This document shows positions 26,082 through 39,970 of a DNA stretch of 64,000 nucleotides, piece by piece. Within the stretch, counting starts at the first letter, position 1; every line of letters starts with the position of its first letter. A program made the translations under genes and the position numbers. The stretch comes from Octopus sinensis (Eukaryota). The stretch is taken from NCBI RefSeq assembly GCF_006345805.1, contig NC_043000.1, positions 71,920,001 through 71,984,000 of the forward strand, read 5' to 3'. The notes under the pieces were generated by a model. It was not told the DNA's origin, ran no database searches, and was given only the letters and a program-made list of their open reading frames with translations.

Positions 26082-29000
26082 CAATTTAGCTAGAGACAAA
26101 ATTCACCTAAGGGATGATATCCGAAGAATTTACTGGTTTATATTACCTATATCAATAACAATGTTATTCCAATAGGTAAATAAAAAATAAACAGTTAATT
26201 AATATACAAATATAAATAAGAAATAAAAAACAAAACAATAAATTGAACAATTATAAATTGAATTCAATTTAAATATTTGATACAAACAAATGACACATCT
26301 CATAAATTGCGGCTGTTTCTGCTTCATTAATAAAACAAAGTTTTTCAAGAATGATCAAATCCGTTTAAATATGTAATGATGCTTCATCAGATAGATATAT
26401 CTGCTTCAATATTTGACGAAAAATATCAATTGAAAATATCTATAACTGCTAAGGCTTTACGAAAACGCTTTATAAGAACGAGCTTAATCATAAATAAGTA
26501 AATAATCTAACTGAAATTTACGTAAATTCCTCAATTTAAATCTATAAATATTCAGTTCTATAATCGATTTTATTGCACAATACACACGTTCATATATACA
26601 TATTTATATATACTAATATATACACACATACACCTATCATTTAAATATACATACATACACACACACGTACGTATACACAATGCATATTCAAATTCACAAG
26701 TTTTGTTTTTCATCTATCTATATATACATATATCTATTTTGTATACACATACAATTCATACGCACATGTATCTATTTATGTTAAAACAATATTTTATATA
26801 TTAATTCAAGTCTCAATATTATGAATCTGACTATTAGAACGCAGGGGAGATAACTATTTTTCTATTTATAGAAACAAAACTTAAAACAAAACTAACTCGA
26901 TACGGTTAACGAAAAACCATTCAAATATATACATGCAACAAAAACAAAGCAATACAATACATGCAACAAAAACAAAGCAATACAATACAAAGTGTCCCAC
27001 GTACTAACAACGAGCCAAAACAACAAATTAAATAAGATAAATCTCTCTCTATATAAACGGCAGTTTGTCTGTCTGTGTGTCTGTGTGTCTGTCAGGTTGT
27101 ACCTTTACCCTGACCACGGCTTTGAACCGATTCTGATGAAACTTGATGAAAATTTTGAAAAGTTCCCCCAGTTCTGAAAAAATCGATAAATTCGACATGG
27201 GTCGAGAATCTAAGCTTTTTATATGCAACACATTTTCTGTTGTAGTTTTCGCAACTTGCAATCGATTTTCACCAAACTCATGGTGAAGCTTAATGTTACC
27301 CTAAGAAACTTAATTCTGACGTTAGTTTTCCATGCAATACCTTACCATCAGAAAAAATCGATAAAATCATGCCATTTTGGGAAATCGCGTTCAAATTCAA
27401 GATGACATATTTTCGACAATATCTTTCACAAATTGGCAGGAATTTTTTTAAAATTCACAGCGAGCATCATGTCTGCTCCAATGAGCTATGGCCCTTTTTA
27501 TTCCAATAGGATACTTTATTACTGGAAAAAATCGGTTAATTAAATCATATGTGGCACACATAGCAAACCGTTTTGTGTATTAAACACAAACCACAGACTG
27601 TCTAGGGGACGCAACTCGACCTTTTTAACTCTCGGAACACGTGGGGTAAGTATCCCAAAATGTATAAAAATGTACAAAAACGGCAAAAGAGCGGGCAGCA
27701 ATGTGAGTGACAACAACGAAAAAGTCAAAAGTGACCAAACTGAACAAACGAATGGAAAAGGTTTTTTGGTGCACACGACAAAAGCGGTTTATAATAAACC
27801 AAGAGTTTGCAAGTAGCGTCCGAGGACCCTTAACGTACGTCAAAAATTTAAGGTAAAACGTTTGGGGTGGTAGTTATAAAGAAAGTATTCGAAGAAGAAA
27901 CGTCGTCAAAACTCCAGTGGGGCGGATTTAGCTATGAAACCTGACCACGATAAACGGTCTCCTGTTGACGCAGGGTCACCCTTGATTTCTTCCCTGGAGA
28001 CGTCCAAACCGAAGGGAACAAAATCGAAGCGGCCAAAGAAGGCGAAGGAACCGGCGGTCGTTCCTGCACATGATCGTTCCTGTGCGGATTCTTCCTCATC
28101 TGCCTTTTCGGTCCCGGAGGTTCCCCAACCTAGTTCGAGGAGCGTAGACTCAAACCCACCTGAAGACCGTTGTTCTCCCCAAAAGAAGAAACGTAGTCAA
28201 AACTCCAGAGGGGCAGATTTGGCTATGAAACCTGATCACGATAAAATCTGTTTGGATTCTCCTTCACTTGTCCTTCCCATAAATGCCATTGCTCAACCAA
28301 TTCTGAACGATATCGATGTGGGTTCATCTGGGGAGTGGTGCTCCCCCAAACCGAAGAAGAGGCAGTGCAGTTCCAAACCAGGCGGGAAAATTATGACCAC
28401 TAAATCCATTCCGATCGACCCCACAGGCCGACATAAGTCCGATGGCTATGAAACCACCCTTTCGAAATCCTCCAATGAAGAATCGAATACCGCAGCTCAT
28501 AGTAGAGAACTTTTTGCCCACTCAAGATCGGCAATAATATATGGCAAGGCTGAATCCACCTGTGATACAGGCATAAACCGCCTAAAAGATGACATTAATT
28601 TTGTTTCCGTTTTGGTTGGAAAATTGTTCTCTGTGAACGAAAATGTCAGTGTTCTTAAGGTCGCTCGGCTAGGAAGATTCCAAGCGAACCCAACCGCAGA
28701 TACTAGACCACGCCCAATAAGGGTAATCTTTTCTTCTGATCGGGAGGCTTCAGTCTTTCTGAACAGAGCTCAGACACATGCCTGGGAGGACCCCAATATG
28801 GGTTTTCGCGAGGAATACTCACTAAGAGAGAAAATTCGCCGGAGGAACCTGATATCCGGGCTAAAGATGAGGAAACAAATGGGAGAGAAGGGTTTACGAA
28901 TCCAAGATGGACAGATAATCAAGTCCTACCTCTGGTCCCATGCTGTAGTGCTGACAGGGAAAGTGATGTGAGGGCAAATCGAAGTGAAGTTGATACCCTT

Positions 29001-32000
29001 TATTCTGCTTGTTCCCCAACTCCTGCCCCTCAGACTTCACAGCTCAGCATCGTCTACACCAACTCGTGCTCCTTATTCCCAAAGTTCAGTGAACTATTTA
29101 CACTGGCCCTACGCGACTCCCCTGATGTGATAGCTATCACCGAGACTTGGCTGACTCCAGCAGTAAAGGACTCAGAGATCCACCTGCAGGGCTACGTCCT
29201 TTTCAGATGTGACAGAGGAAAAAGGCGAGGTGGAGGTGTTGCTGTGTATGTTAGGTCTGAGCACAAACCGTCCTGCGGTATTCTACCCACAAATGCTCAA
29301 CCTACAACCAAATTCGATGCCGTCTATTGCAAGCTGAGCCTATCTGAGTTTTGCCTGCCCGTGTTGGCTGTCTACAGGCCGCCTCTAGCCGACCCCCAGG
29401 ACGATGCTCATCTACTCGAAGCGATAAGATTCGTTTCAGCTTCGCATGACTGCTTGGTACTAGGCGACTTCAACGCTCCCACGATCGATTGGCCCGCATC
29501 AATTTGTACAACATCTTCCCGGTTCGGCCAGGCCCTTCTTGACGTGGCTGAAGATTGTTTTCTATCGCAACATGTTGAATATCCGACAAGGCATCGGTCT
29601 GGGCAGCAGCCATCTATGCTAGATCTGGTATTCTCCCGCTTTCCAAGATCAGTGTCAGACGTATCTGTGTGCGCCCCTCTTGCCAAGAGTGATCATGCGG
29701 TCCTGAAGTTCGTCATGCACACATCTTTTTCCACGCCCACGATTACTTCGCTGCCACGTAGAGTCTTCTCTGCAATTAATCTTGAAATTCTAACCGAGGC
29801 TTCCGCGCTTCTGGACTGGCGTTCCCTGATGACGTTGTCCTCAGTTGACGAACTATGGTCATCCCTCAAAGCATATGTAATCTGTTTGACTGACCAGGCA
29901 GTTCCCGTTGGACTTCCCAAGAGGAAGAAACACAAGCCCTGGGTGACGAAGAAGGTTAAACGAGAACGTCGACTCAGAGATATTGCTTGGGCTGAATTCA
30001 AAAATCTGGATTCGACTGCAGCTTTTGAGGTGTACAAAACTCAACGAGACCGAGCCGTGAAAATTGAAAAGAAAGAACGCTTCAGTTATGAATACAAAAT
30101 CGCGGCAAATGCCAGTAGCAATCCAAAAACTTCTTTGCCCATGTCCAGCGGAATTCCCGCTTGAACAACCAGATTGCAACGTTGGTAGACTCAACAGGCG
30201 TATCGATTGAGGACCCTTATAAACAGAGTCAATTATTTGCCGAGGCTTTTTCAACTATTTTCAAACAAGATGATGGTCGTGAACCCCCTCCATTTGATAG
30301 ATCGGTACCTCCAATGCTTCGATTGATCATCACGCGGGACCAAGTCAAACGGGTTATTCAAGGCCTCGATGTCAACAAGGGTCACGGCCCTGACGGCATA
30401 CACCCACGGGTTATCAAAGCGTTGGCTCCGGTAATCTGCGAGCCCTTAACATGACTATTCAATATGTCATTGGCGACGGGTGTTATACCTGCAGACTGGA
30501 GAACAGCGATAATCTGCCCAATTTTCAAGAAAGGGAGCCGCGAAGACCCGCTTAACTACCGACCGGTTTCCCTTACATCAATCATCAGCAAGATGTTCGA
30601 AACCATCCTTAAGAAACGTATGATGCTCCACCTCCTAAACACAGCCTCGATCACTGATTCCCAACACGGCTTCGTGCCGAAGAGATCATGCTTGACCAAC
30701 TTACTAGTAATGGAAGAATTGGTGACGCGCATCCTCGATGATAGTGATGCTGTTGACATCGTTTTATTGGACTTTGCCAAAGCTTTTGACTCGGTAAACC
30801 ACCGCCTACTACTTGTCAAGTTTCAAGCATATAGTTTCCATCCGGATATTGTACGATGGGTTGGTGCCTTCCTCTCAGATCGCTCCTTCCAAGTTCAAGT
30901 TAATGGTTCGCGGTCCGACGTCTCCAGTGCGAGCAGTGGCGTGCCTCAAGGTTCAGTGCATGGGCCCTTGTTGTTCTTAGTCTTCATAAATGACTTGCCC
31001 GACGACCTCACGCAACACACCCTTCTATTTGCCGACGATATCAAACTGGTCGCTCCTCGCGGTAGTATAGAGGATCTTCGTCGATGCCTCCACCAAATTT
31101 GGAAGTGGTCTAACGATTGGGACCTGTGTCTGAACGTGTCAAAGTGCTGTCATCTGCCTGTCGGCTCTACTCCTGCAACTCAACTTGATTTCGAGCCGGG
31201 TCGTCTGCTGCTGGAGAGAACCGATCAGGTAAAGGACCTGGGTATCTTGGTGGATTCCTCCTTTTCGCCTTCGGCCCAGTGCGTCCATGCTGCCAACAAA
31301 GCGCGCGGAATTCTGTTTTTGATTCGACGGTCATTCGGAATGCTCACAGCAGCCATATTCCTGCCACTCTATGTCACGCTGGTGAGACCCATATTGGAGT
31401 ATGGGATTCAAGCCTCTTCTCCTTATCTCCTCAAAGACATACAGCACCTCGAAAGAGTCCAGAGGCTGGCTACCCGCATGGTTCATGGTCTCAAAAATTT
31501 GTCCTACGAAGAAAGGCTGAGGACGCTCGACCTTTGTTCTCTTGAAAAACGCCGCCGCCGTGGTGATCTCATTCTCGCCCACAACATCATAAGCGGGAAG
31601 TGTAACCTTTCGAAAGAGCTGTTCTTCACTCCTGCTCCGGAGCGTCGGCTGCGAGGTCATTCCGAAAAGCTCTACCTGCGACGATTTCATCTAAATCGAA
31701 GGAGAGGAGCTTTCTCCGTCCGGGTTGCGGATCCGTGGAACAAGCTGCCAGACGAGATGGTGAAGATGCCGACGACCGCTTTGTTCAAAGCCTCCCTGGA
31801 CCTCAAGTGGCCTGAACTCTTTACATGAACACCACCCTGTACTTAACTCCATGTCCCCCTACATGGCCTTGCTATTTGCTTTTGAGCCAAATTAACTAAC
31901 TAACTAACTAACTAACTTGCGGCTGCAGCAGCTATTAGCAGAAGTGGCGGTGTTGGGGGTAAAGTCTCGAATGTAATTTCTTCCTGGTAGGAATTGGTTG

Positions 32001-35000
32001 GGTTGAATTATCGATAGCTGTTTGATAGTTATTTGGGAGTGAAGAGAAGACATTGCAACCTACACATGCGCCTTCGTTCCCTAGAGGGAAAGGACTAGAT
32101 TGGGATTAGTCGTTGCCTACTAGGGGCTCTTACATACCCGGGCAACGCCGGGCTATGCTGCTAGTAACCTATATCTACATATATACTCTGTTATTCATTT
32201 ACTCACATTCATATACTTATCGATACTTATAAACAAAGCGAAAAACGAAACCAACTCTATACGGACATTCTATACATACATCAAAGATAAATTCTATACA
32301 TACATCAAAACCAAAATGATACCAATATAAAACAATATATTGTTTTAGTTTCCATCTACGACTTACGCTTACATACTCTCGCCTCCCCCACATCCCAACA
32401 CCACCACACCACACCACACACCACCACATCATACACCAACACACCACACAGCACTATACCACACCACACCACATCACACCACATCACACGACATGACACC
32501 ACCCCGCACACACTAGCACTGACCACTTCCCAGAACCCACACGAGAGCACACACTAGCACTGACCACTTCCCAGCACCCACACCATCATCCACACAACCT
32601 ACACATGAACACACGCACGCGTCAAGGTCACCAGCCCCTTCCACACACACATACACGCTCTCACAGTCAAAAGCATTGGATCGGGTCGACTATTACCACT
32701 TGGTGTTATACATCAGCACGCCTGGCGTCGGGCCTGTCTGGATCGCTGCAATGAACTGCAATACTTTCTCGTTGGTCAAAGTAAATACCCTACTAACGGA
32801 ATCGTTCAGTATCGTGCGTTCGGTCTGTCAAGGGCGCACCTTTCTCCCCTCTTCTGTATATATTGACTCTAGAGCTTCTACTGCAGAGGTTCCGAGAAGC
32901 ATCCTGCGAGAACTAGGATGCAGAAGACCTCTGACTATATATGTGAACAAAGTCACCGCAATAGTGTCGAACACCATAACATCTGGGTTTCCTACTCTCC
33001 ACAACTACCCGTATCTGCAAAACATGAAGGTTGCATTGCTAGGGTGTGCGCGCTGAAATAGGAAGGCTCAAAAGACGTGGGTTGGGCCCGATTGGAGTAG
33101 GCACAGTACTGCAACAAAACTAAAACCCTGTCTGTGGCTATCACAAGGGTCGTGTGCTCTTCGATCCCAAGCAGACGAGCGTGGAGTTTCGCAGCACTTC
33201 GCCGAACTGTTTTCGGGGAGCAGTTCACCCGAGACACCGGTTTTGAGGACTACCTTAATATTTTGCCGCGCCTATCGGGACAGGGAAATTGAGTGTTGTG
33301 AGAAAACGAGTCCATGGGAAGAAGTAGCAGATGTGCTGAGTCGCTGCGTGGCGCGCAAATCACGAAGATAGTATAGTCTGCTCTACAAGCTATATTTCCG
33401 CATGACAGACTTGTTTGCACTTGTTTTGACATCATACATCCATCTACTGCAGCTGGCAACAGACTGGGAGCAGTCGCTGTCGTGTGAGCCAGGGAGTGCT
33501 GACTCTGCTGAAGAAGGATCGAAACAAGAGAGACATAATTGAAAATTTCAGGACAATTTCTTTGCTCAAAACTGAGTTAAAGAATTTTGCTAAGGTGCTC
33601 GCCAAGAGGCTCGCACTTGTCGGTAGTATTATCAGAGTTGTGCAAACCTCTGCGATTCCTGGCAGGTCTATCCCCAACAACCTCCACCTCATGAGATACA
33701 TCGAAGAACGGGTGGAGCACTGGTGAATTTGGATCACTCCAAGGTATTTGATAAGGAAAACCATAGTTATCTGGTGGCTGTCCTGAGAGCTATCGGTTTC
33801 GGTCCTATCTTTAGAAGCTGGATTACCACAATGCACAGTGGCGTCTGTTCCGTAGTCAAATTTAACGGCCGTCCCTTGACAACCATCTACTCCAGCTGAC
33901 AACAGACTGGGCGCACGGTTCGTCAAGTATGCTTAGCCTCGCTCCGCTTTTATATGTTTTGGCAATGGAACTTATGTTACGAAGGCAAGAGAGTTGGAGG
34001 GGCATCCAGCTGAAACTAGGTCACAGGAGCGCAGTGTCTGCAAACGCAGACGACGTCACTGTTATGGTGTTGGACACTTCGGATATAAAAGCGAACGATA
34101 CTGTACTGAAAAAATACCAGTTATGTATAGGAGCACACATAAACCAGGACAAACCGTGGGGTTTGCTACTAGGATCTTGTAGAGGCGAATTCATGTTGAC
34201 TAACGGCAATTTCTGTCGTTAGACTTTGTGAAAGTACTCAGAGTCTGCTTCGGACCAGATCATCCCAGGTGGATAAAGATTATGAGCATGGTAGTCAATC
34301 TCTGAAAGGCCGGACGGAAGTAGCGAATGCATATATCCCCTCAGTGGTTTATTACTGCTTGACCGTTATACCTTGTTCCAAGAAAACTCTGAGCGCTTGT
34401 TTTTCCAATTCTTATGGAACGGTAAGGTTTCGCTGGTCAAGAAATGCATCTGCTGTTAATATCCACTCCGTGATGGTGTCAGAATGGCGTCGGCACGTGG
34501 TGGCGCCGGAACGCGTTGAGGCCGAGGCACTTGCAGAAATACCTAAATCATTTGCGATTGTGTCAACGACAATGAAAACAAGGGCAAACTGGTGTGGGTG
34601 TCCAACACGTGACACGTCTTTCTGCAGCTCATCTTGACCGAGCTGCAGTCATGGGTTAAGCGTAGGCCAAGATTGGGCATAAAGCATCTAGAACGTTGCC
34701 AGGCACTTACAGCATTATATCAACTCGACAAAGCTGTTTGCGGGAAAGTAACTGAAGATCTCCAAAGGGAGTTTGTCGTGGATATGAACGGTGATGGCCT
34801 GGGATTGACTCTAGGTATCGACGAAAACTATGGTCGCTTCTGGAGGACTTTCAGATCGAAGACCATGGACAACTTCCAAAGTTCTTGTGATACAGGAGGG
34901 AGGAGGGAGGAGGGCATTGCTTGTTGGAGACAAGCTCTTCAGGCAAGGTAGCATCAACAGCTGAATCTGCTCGAGATGCACGCAGATCATTCAATTTATT

Positions 35001-35968
35001 TTTCTAATTCTATTTGTAGGTCATTGTTGTAGTGTCTGCCTTTGATCAATCAAAACCCCATCTGTTTGTGTGTTATCTCATCCTATGGGATTGTCTTCAA
35101 TGTCCTGGGCCCTTGTGGTTAATATAAGAAATTTTTCTTCTTATTTTGTTGATAGTGGTATCATTGCTCAAGTAGTGGTAGTTACTTGAGCAGCTCATGT
35201 ATGTATGTATGTATGTATGTATGTATGTATGTATGTATGTATGTATGTATGTATGTATGTATGTATGTATGTATGTATGCATGTACGTATGTGTGTGTGT
35301 CTATGTATATATTTATGTATGTATGCATGTATATATTTATCTATGTATATATGTGTATATATTATGTTCACATATGTACCACTATGCGTATATACTTTTA
35401 GATTTTTATTTCTTTTTTATGTATATATGTGTGTATGTGTATTTGTGCAAATAGAGGTGTGTACATGAGAGTGTATGTGTGTAAATATATCTCTTATTAT
35501 AAAAGGCAGATTTTATCTGCCTCCCTTTGGGAGTTATAGAAATCTACAATATAGGATTTCTTCAATTACAATTTACCTGGCATTTTTAAGAGTACAATGC
35601 ATCGCGTCATGCCAGGTCCAGTTTTTAAAATTTAAACTCCAATTAAGCAAAATTTACAGAAAACTCACATTCTGGTGTGTGTGTCAAATGCTTTTCTTAG
35701 TCTGGTTTACAGCACACGCAAACGCACACACACACTGTGTAACGAATAAAGTGAAACTAGATGTAATATTTGTTTCTGTCTATCACGCTGATAGATACAT
35801 GAGTAAAATGTATGGGAAGCTAACAAATAAGAGTGAGTGAAAATGTTCTTGGAAGAGAGTAAATTTGAAGCTTGAGAACAATCAGATACATTTGCAACAC
35901 ATCTGTTGAAAATATTATTGTTCACACACATACATATACATATATACATACAGACAGACAGACAGATA

Positions 35969-36006
<38 letters not shown>

Positions 36007-36097
36007 ATCCAGCATGGCCACAACCTCAAGGCTGAAACATATAAAAGAATAACAGAATATAAATGTGTGCATGTGTGTGAGAGAAAGAGTGTGTGTG

Positions 36098-36129
<32 letters not shown>

Positions 36130-38685
36130 TATATATATAATAATGCGGTTTTTTTCAACAGCTTGAACTAAAAGTCAGAGGGGAATGGGATAAACTACTT
36201 ATATTAACTTGCTATAAAAGCAGGTAGTAATTTTACCTTGTCCTTATTCATAGTGCAAGTTTTGAAGAGTGCATTTCGATTTTAACAGCTATTTTTTTCA
36301 AAGCTATGTTGGAAGTAACAAAGGAGCATATTTGGCATATTTTGCTTTATGAGTTCAATAAAGACAACAACGCAACGGAAAGTACAAGAAATATTAATGC
36401 AGTATATGGGGATTGGACAATAAGCGTAAGGCAGTGTCAATGGTGGTTCCAGAAATTCCGAGCCATAAACTACAGCCTAGAAGACGAGCCTCATCCTGAA
36501 AGATCTGTAGAACTCGACAAGGACATCCTGAAAACCCTGGTGGAACAAAATCTCATCGTAACTGTTGAGGAACTAGCAGAGAAGCTTGGATTTGGTCATT
36601 CAACCATTCATTGAGACCTGTGTGCTATCGGAAAAGTCAGCAAATTGGGTCAATGGGTTCCTCACAAACTTTCCGAGTCTAATTGCATGCAGAGAGTGAA
36701 TGTATGCTTTTCTTTGCTGTCACATCTCATCACTACTGCGCTATGTATATCTATATATATAAAACTGTAGTTGTGTGAGTGTCTGTCCCCTTCGATTTAG
36801 ATTCCTAACTACTCCCACATTTTGCGGTGCAGTTTAACCAAATTCGGGTATCTTATAGTCGTGATTCATATCGAGCCCGTCTGGGTATTAGCGCGCGTCA
36901 ACGATGAGTCAACGATTTAAAAATAATTTAACATCATTTTTTATTCCATTTTAATGCATAATTTTTCGTGTGTCGATGGCGGCGGAGTTGGCGTCCACGC
37001 TCACACCTGCACCTGTGGGGAAGGGAGTGTAAGGAAATCAACGTCGTAATGCGTTGTCAAGGAGACCAGCGTTCTTTTAGAACAACGACTTCATGGCTTG
37101 AAGACACCAAAACAGAAATGGCTAAGAAAGCGTCTACATGAGTCTACGATTTAAAAAAAAATTTACCATCGTTTTTTTCCCATTTTAATGCATTTTTTCG
37201 CTATTATATAAGGGAAGTAACTCTCTAAAAATGTCTACGATGAGTCAACGATTTAAAAAAAAATTTACCATCATATTTTTTCCATTTTTAATGTATTTTT
37301 TGCTATTTTTTCGCTATAACTCTCTAAAAATGCTTATATAGTTATTTCCCTTACAAACCCGAGCAACGCCGGGCGATACTGCTAGTCTACATATATATGT
37401 GCGCGTGTGTATGTATGTATGCATGTATGTATATATATATTTATATACACACACAAATATTTATATATACAGGGTGCGATGGATAAATTGTCGCTATTTT
37501 ATAATTTTAAGTTCGCGCATGCGATTGTTTGATTTTGATTTTGTCGACTACACAGTATAATAGGGTCAGTTAAGCACCGTCTGGGGAAAAACAGCATCAT
37601 GACACAATTCACTCAGCCAGAAATTTGGAAACGACATGCTGTACTGCTTGGCATTCGCGCCGGAAGCTCTAATACACACATTTTAGGGTGTTTAGATGTC
37701 AATCTGAGGACAGTGCAGAGCATTCGGAAAGAGTTGAATGATTTTAGTGGTAATTACGAAGGTACGGCAGCTCGGAAAAACTCACTCTGATCGTTCCGAT
37801 AAAAAAAAACAAAAAAAGTTCTGAATTTGTTGGTGAGATCCAGGCCATGATTGACAACGATCCCTCCATGTCAACCAGGTACATTGCCAGGGACATGGGA
37901 GTGTCTGAGTTTATTATCAGGCAGGTAGTGCATGAAAACATTTGGTATTCCTCATACAAGATGAGAAAGGGCCAGTTTTTATTCCAAGCCATCAAGGACA
38001 AGAGGAAAGGCCGCTCTACGAAGCTTTGGAACAAACTCTAGCATCCCCTCCAACCGAACAGGCTTTGGTTTTTCTCAGACGAGAAAATTTTTTGCCAGGA
38101 TCAGATGGTGACCAGAGCAACCGTTCGCTTGCCGTGTCCCCAAAACACGTACCGAGACCCTATGTCTGTCAACTGGACTCTGCATCATGACACACAAGCA
38201 GGAGAACCCAGTCATGGCTGTCAAACAATTTCTGCGACCATATCACACCTAACATCTGGCCACCTAACTCCCCAGACGGCAAGGATCATGTCAGTATTCA
38301 CCAACAAAGACATCATCCAGAAAAGTTGCAGGAGATTCCGAAGTCGTCTGGGTGCGGTGGTTGAAGCCAATGGTGAGTTTATTGAATAAATTTGTTCTTT
38401 AGTATTTCAAAATATTTGTATGTAATTTTGCTGAATATATCTGTTAAAATGGGATGTCATTGTTATTTTCATTTTTCTACTTTAGGCACAAGGCCTGAAA
38501 TTTTGGGGGAGAGAGCCAGTCGATTAGATAGACCCCAGTACGCAGCTGGTACTTAATTTATCGACCCCGGAAGGATGAAAGGCAAAGTCGACCTCGGTGG
38601 AATTTGAACTCAGAATGTAAAGACAACCGAAATGCCGGTAAGAATTTCGCCCGGTATGCTAGACAACAATATATTCACCGCACCC

Positions 38686-38721
<36 letters not shown>

Positions 38722-38735
38722 ATACATACATACAT

Positions 38736-38771
<36 letters not shown>

Positions 38772-39501
38772 GTATATAAACGTGTGTGTATGGGTGTGTG
38801 ACTGTGTGTGCGTGTGTGTGAGTGTATGTGTGTGTGTGTGTGTGTGCGCGCGCGTACATACACACACATGCACACATTTATGTGTCGTATATGCTATATA
38901 TTTCTTTCAGACTCCGGCAACCCAATTGATGAAGCGATTTAATGACAACGTGTACACCAGCCTTTTTTTTCTTATCTACCCAACGCACACATTAGTGTTT
39001 TTCTGTTTTTCATTCGTTTATACGATTTGTATTACTTTATTGTTTTCCTTACCCATCTAACCTTTTCTTGTGTTTTTATTCCAATGGCCCACTTTTTGTA
39101 TCTGTTGCCTTGACTTCTTAAATCTCTCAAGTTAAACTGCGATACATTCGTTTGCATATATTGTTTATATATTTTTATTCAATTATTTGTATAATTGCTA
39201 TCTCTCTCTTTTCTCTTTTCTTTCTATCATTGGTTGATGCATGAATTATGTGTATACATAAGAGTAAAATTGCTGCTAGAAATTGAATTTCAACATACCA
39301 CTTTCTGATGTGGTTGACGATCGATATAAGTGCTAATAATTGATTATCGACAATTGAAACGATTGAAAGTAAATAACTGAAATACTATTTGCGGCTAGTC
39401 TGTCCGCCCGTCCGTCCGTCCATTCATCCGTCCGTCCGTTCGTCCGCCGTCCGCCCGTCCGTCAGTCCGTTCGTCAGTCCGTCCGTCTGTCAGACCGTTT
39501 A

Positions 39502-39590
<89 letters not shown>

Positions 39591-39607
39591 GTCTATCTGT
39601 CTATCTG

Positions 39608-39660
<53 letters not shown>

Positions 39661-39735
39661 GTCCCTGTCTGTCGCTGTCTGTCTTTCGCTCCCTCTCCTT
39701 TTCTGTTTCTCTGTCTTTGTCTCTTTTCCCCTAAT

Positions 39736-39785
<50 letters not shown>

Positions 39786-39884
39786 ATCTATCTATCTACG
39801 TCCCTGTCTGTCACTGTCTGTCGCTGTCTGTCTTTCGCTCCCTCTTCTTTTCTGTTTCTCTGTCTTTGTCTCTTTTCCCCTACT

Positions 39885-39970
<86 letters not shown>

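Larger units (their letters stand above)
27892..31916 (+). mobile_element. Nearly intact CR1-clade LINE (ORF1 + APE/RT ORF2 + (TAAC)6 tail)
   Basis: Two ORFs, APE and RT motifs, short 3' UTR, (TAAC)6 at 31893-31916. No target-site duplication recognised; 5' boundary approximate. Confidence 0.95.
27042..32164 (+). mobile_element. Non-autonomous Helitron-like element interrupted by the CR1-like LINE
   Basis: A|TC start with (GTCT)-type repeat at 27042; 3' hairpin cccgggcaacgccggg followed by CTAG|T at 32161-32165. Pairing of the two ends is inferred. Confidence 0.55.
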
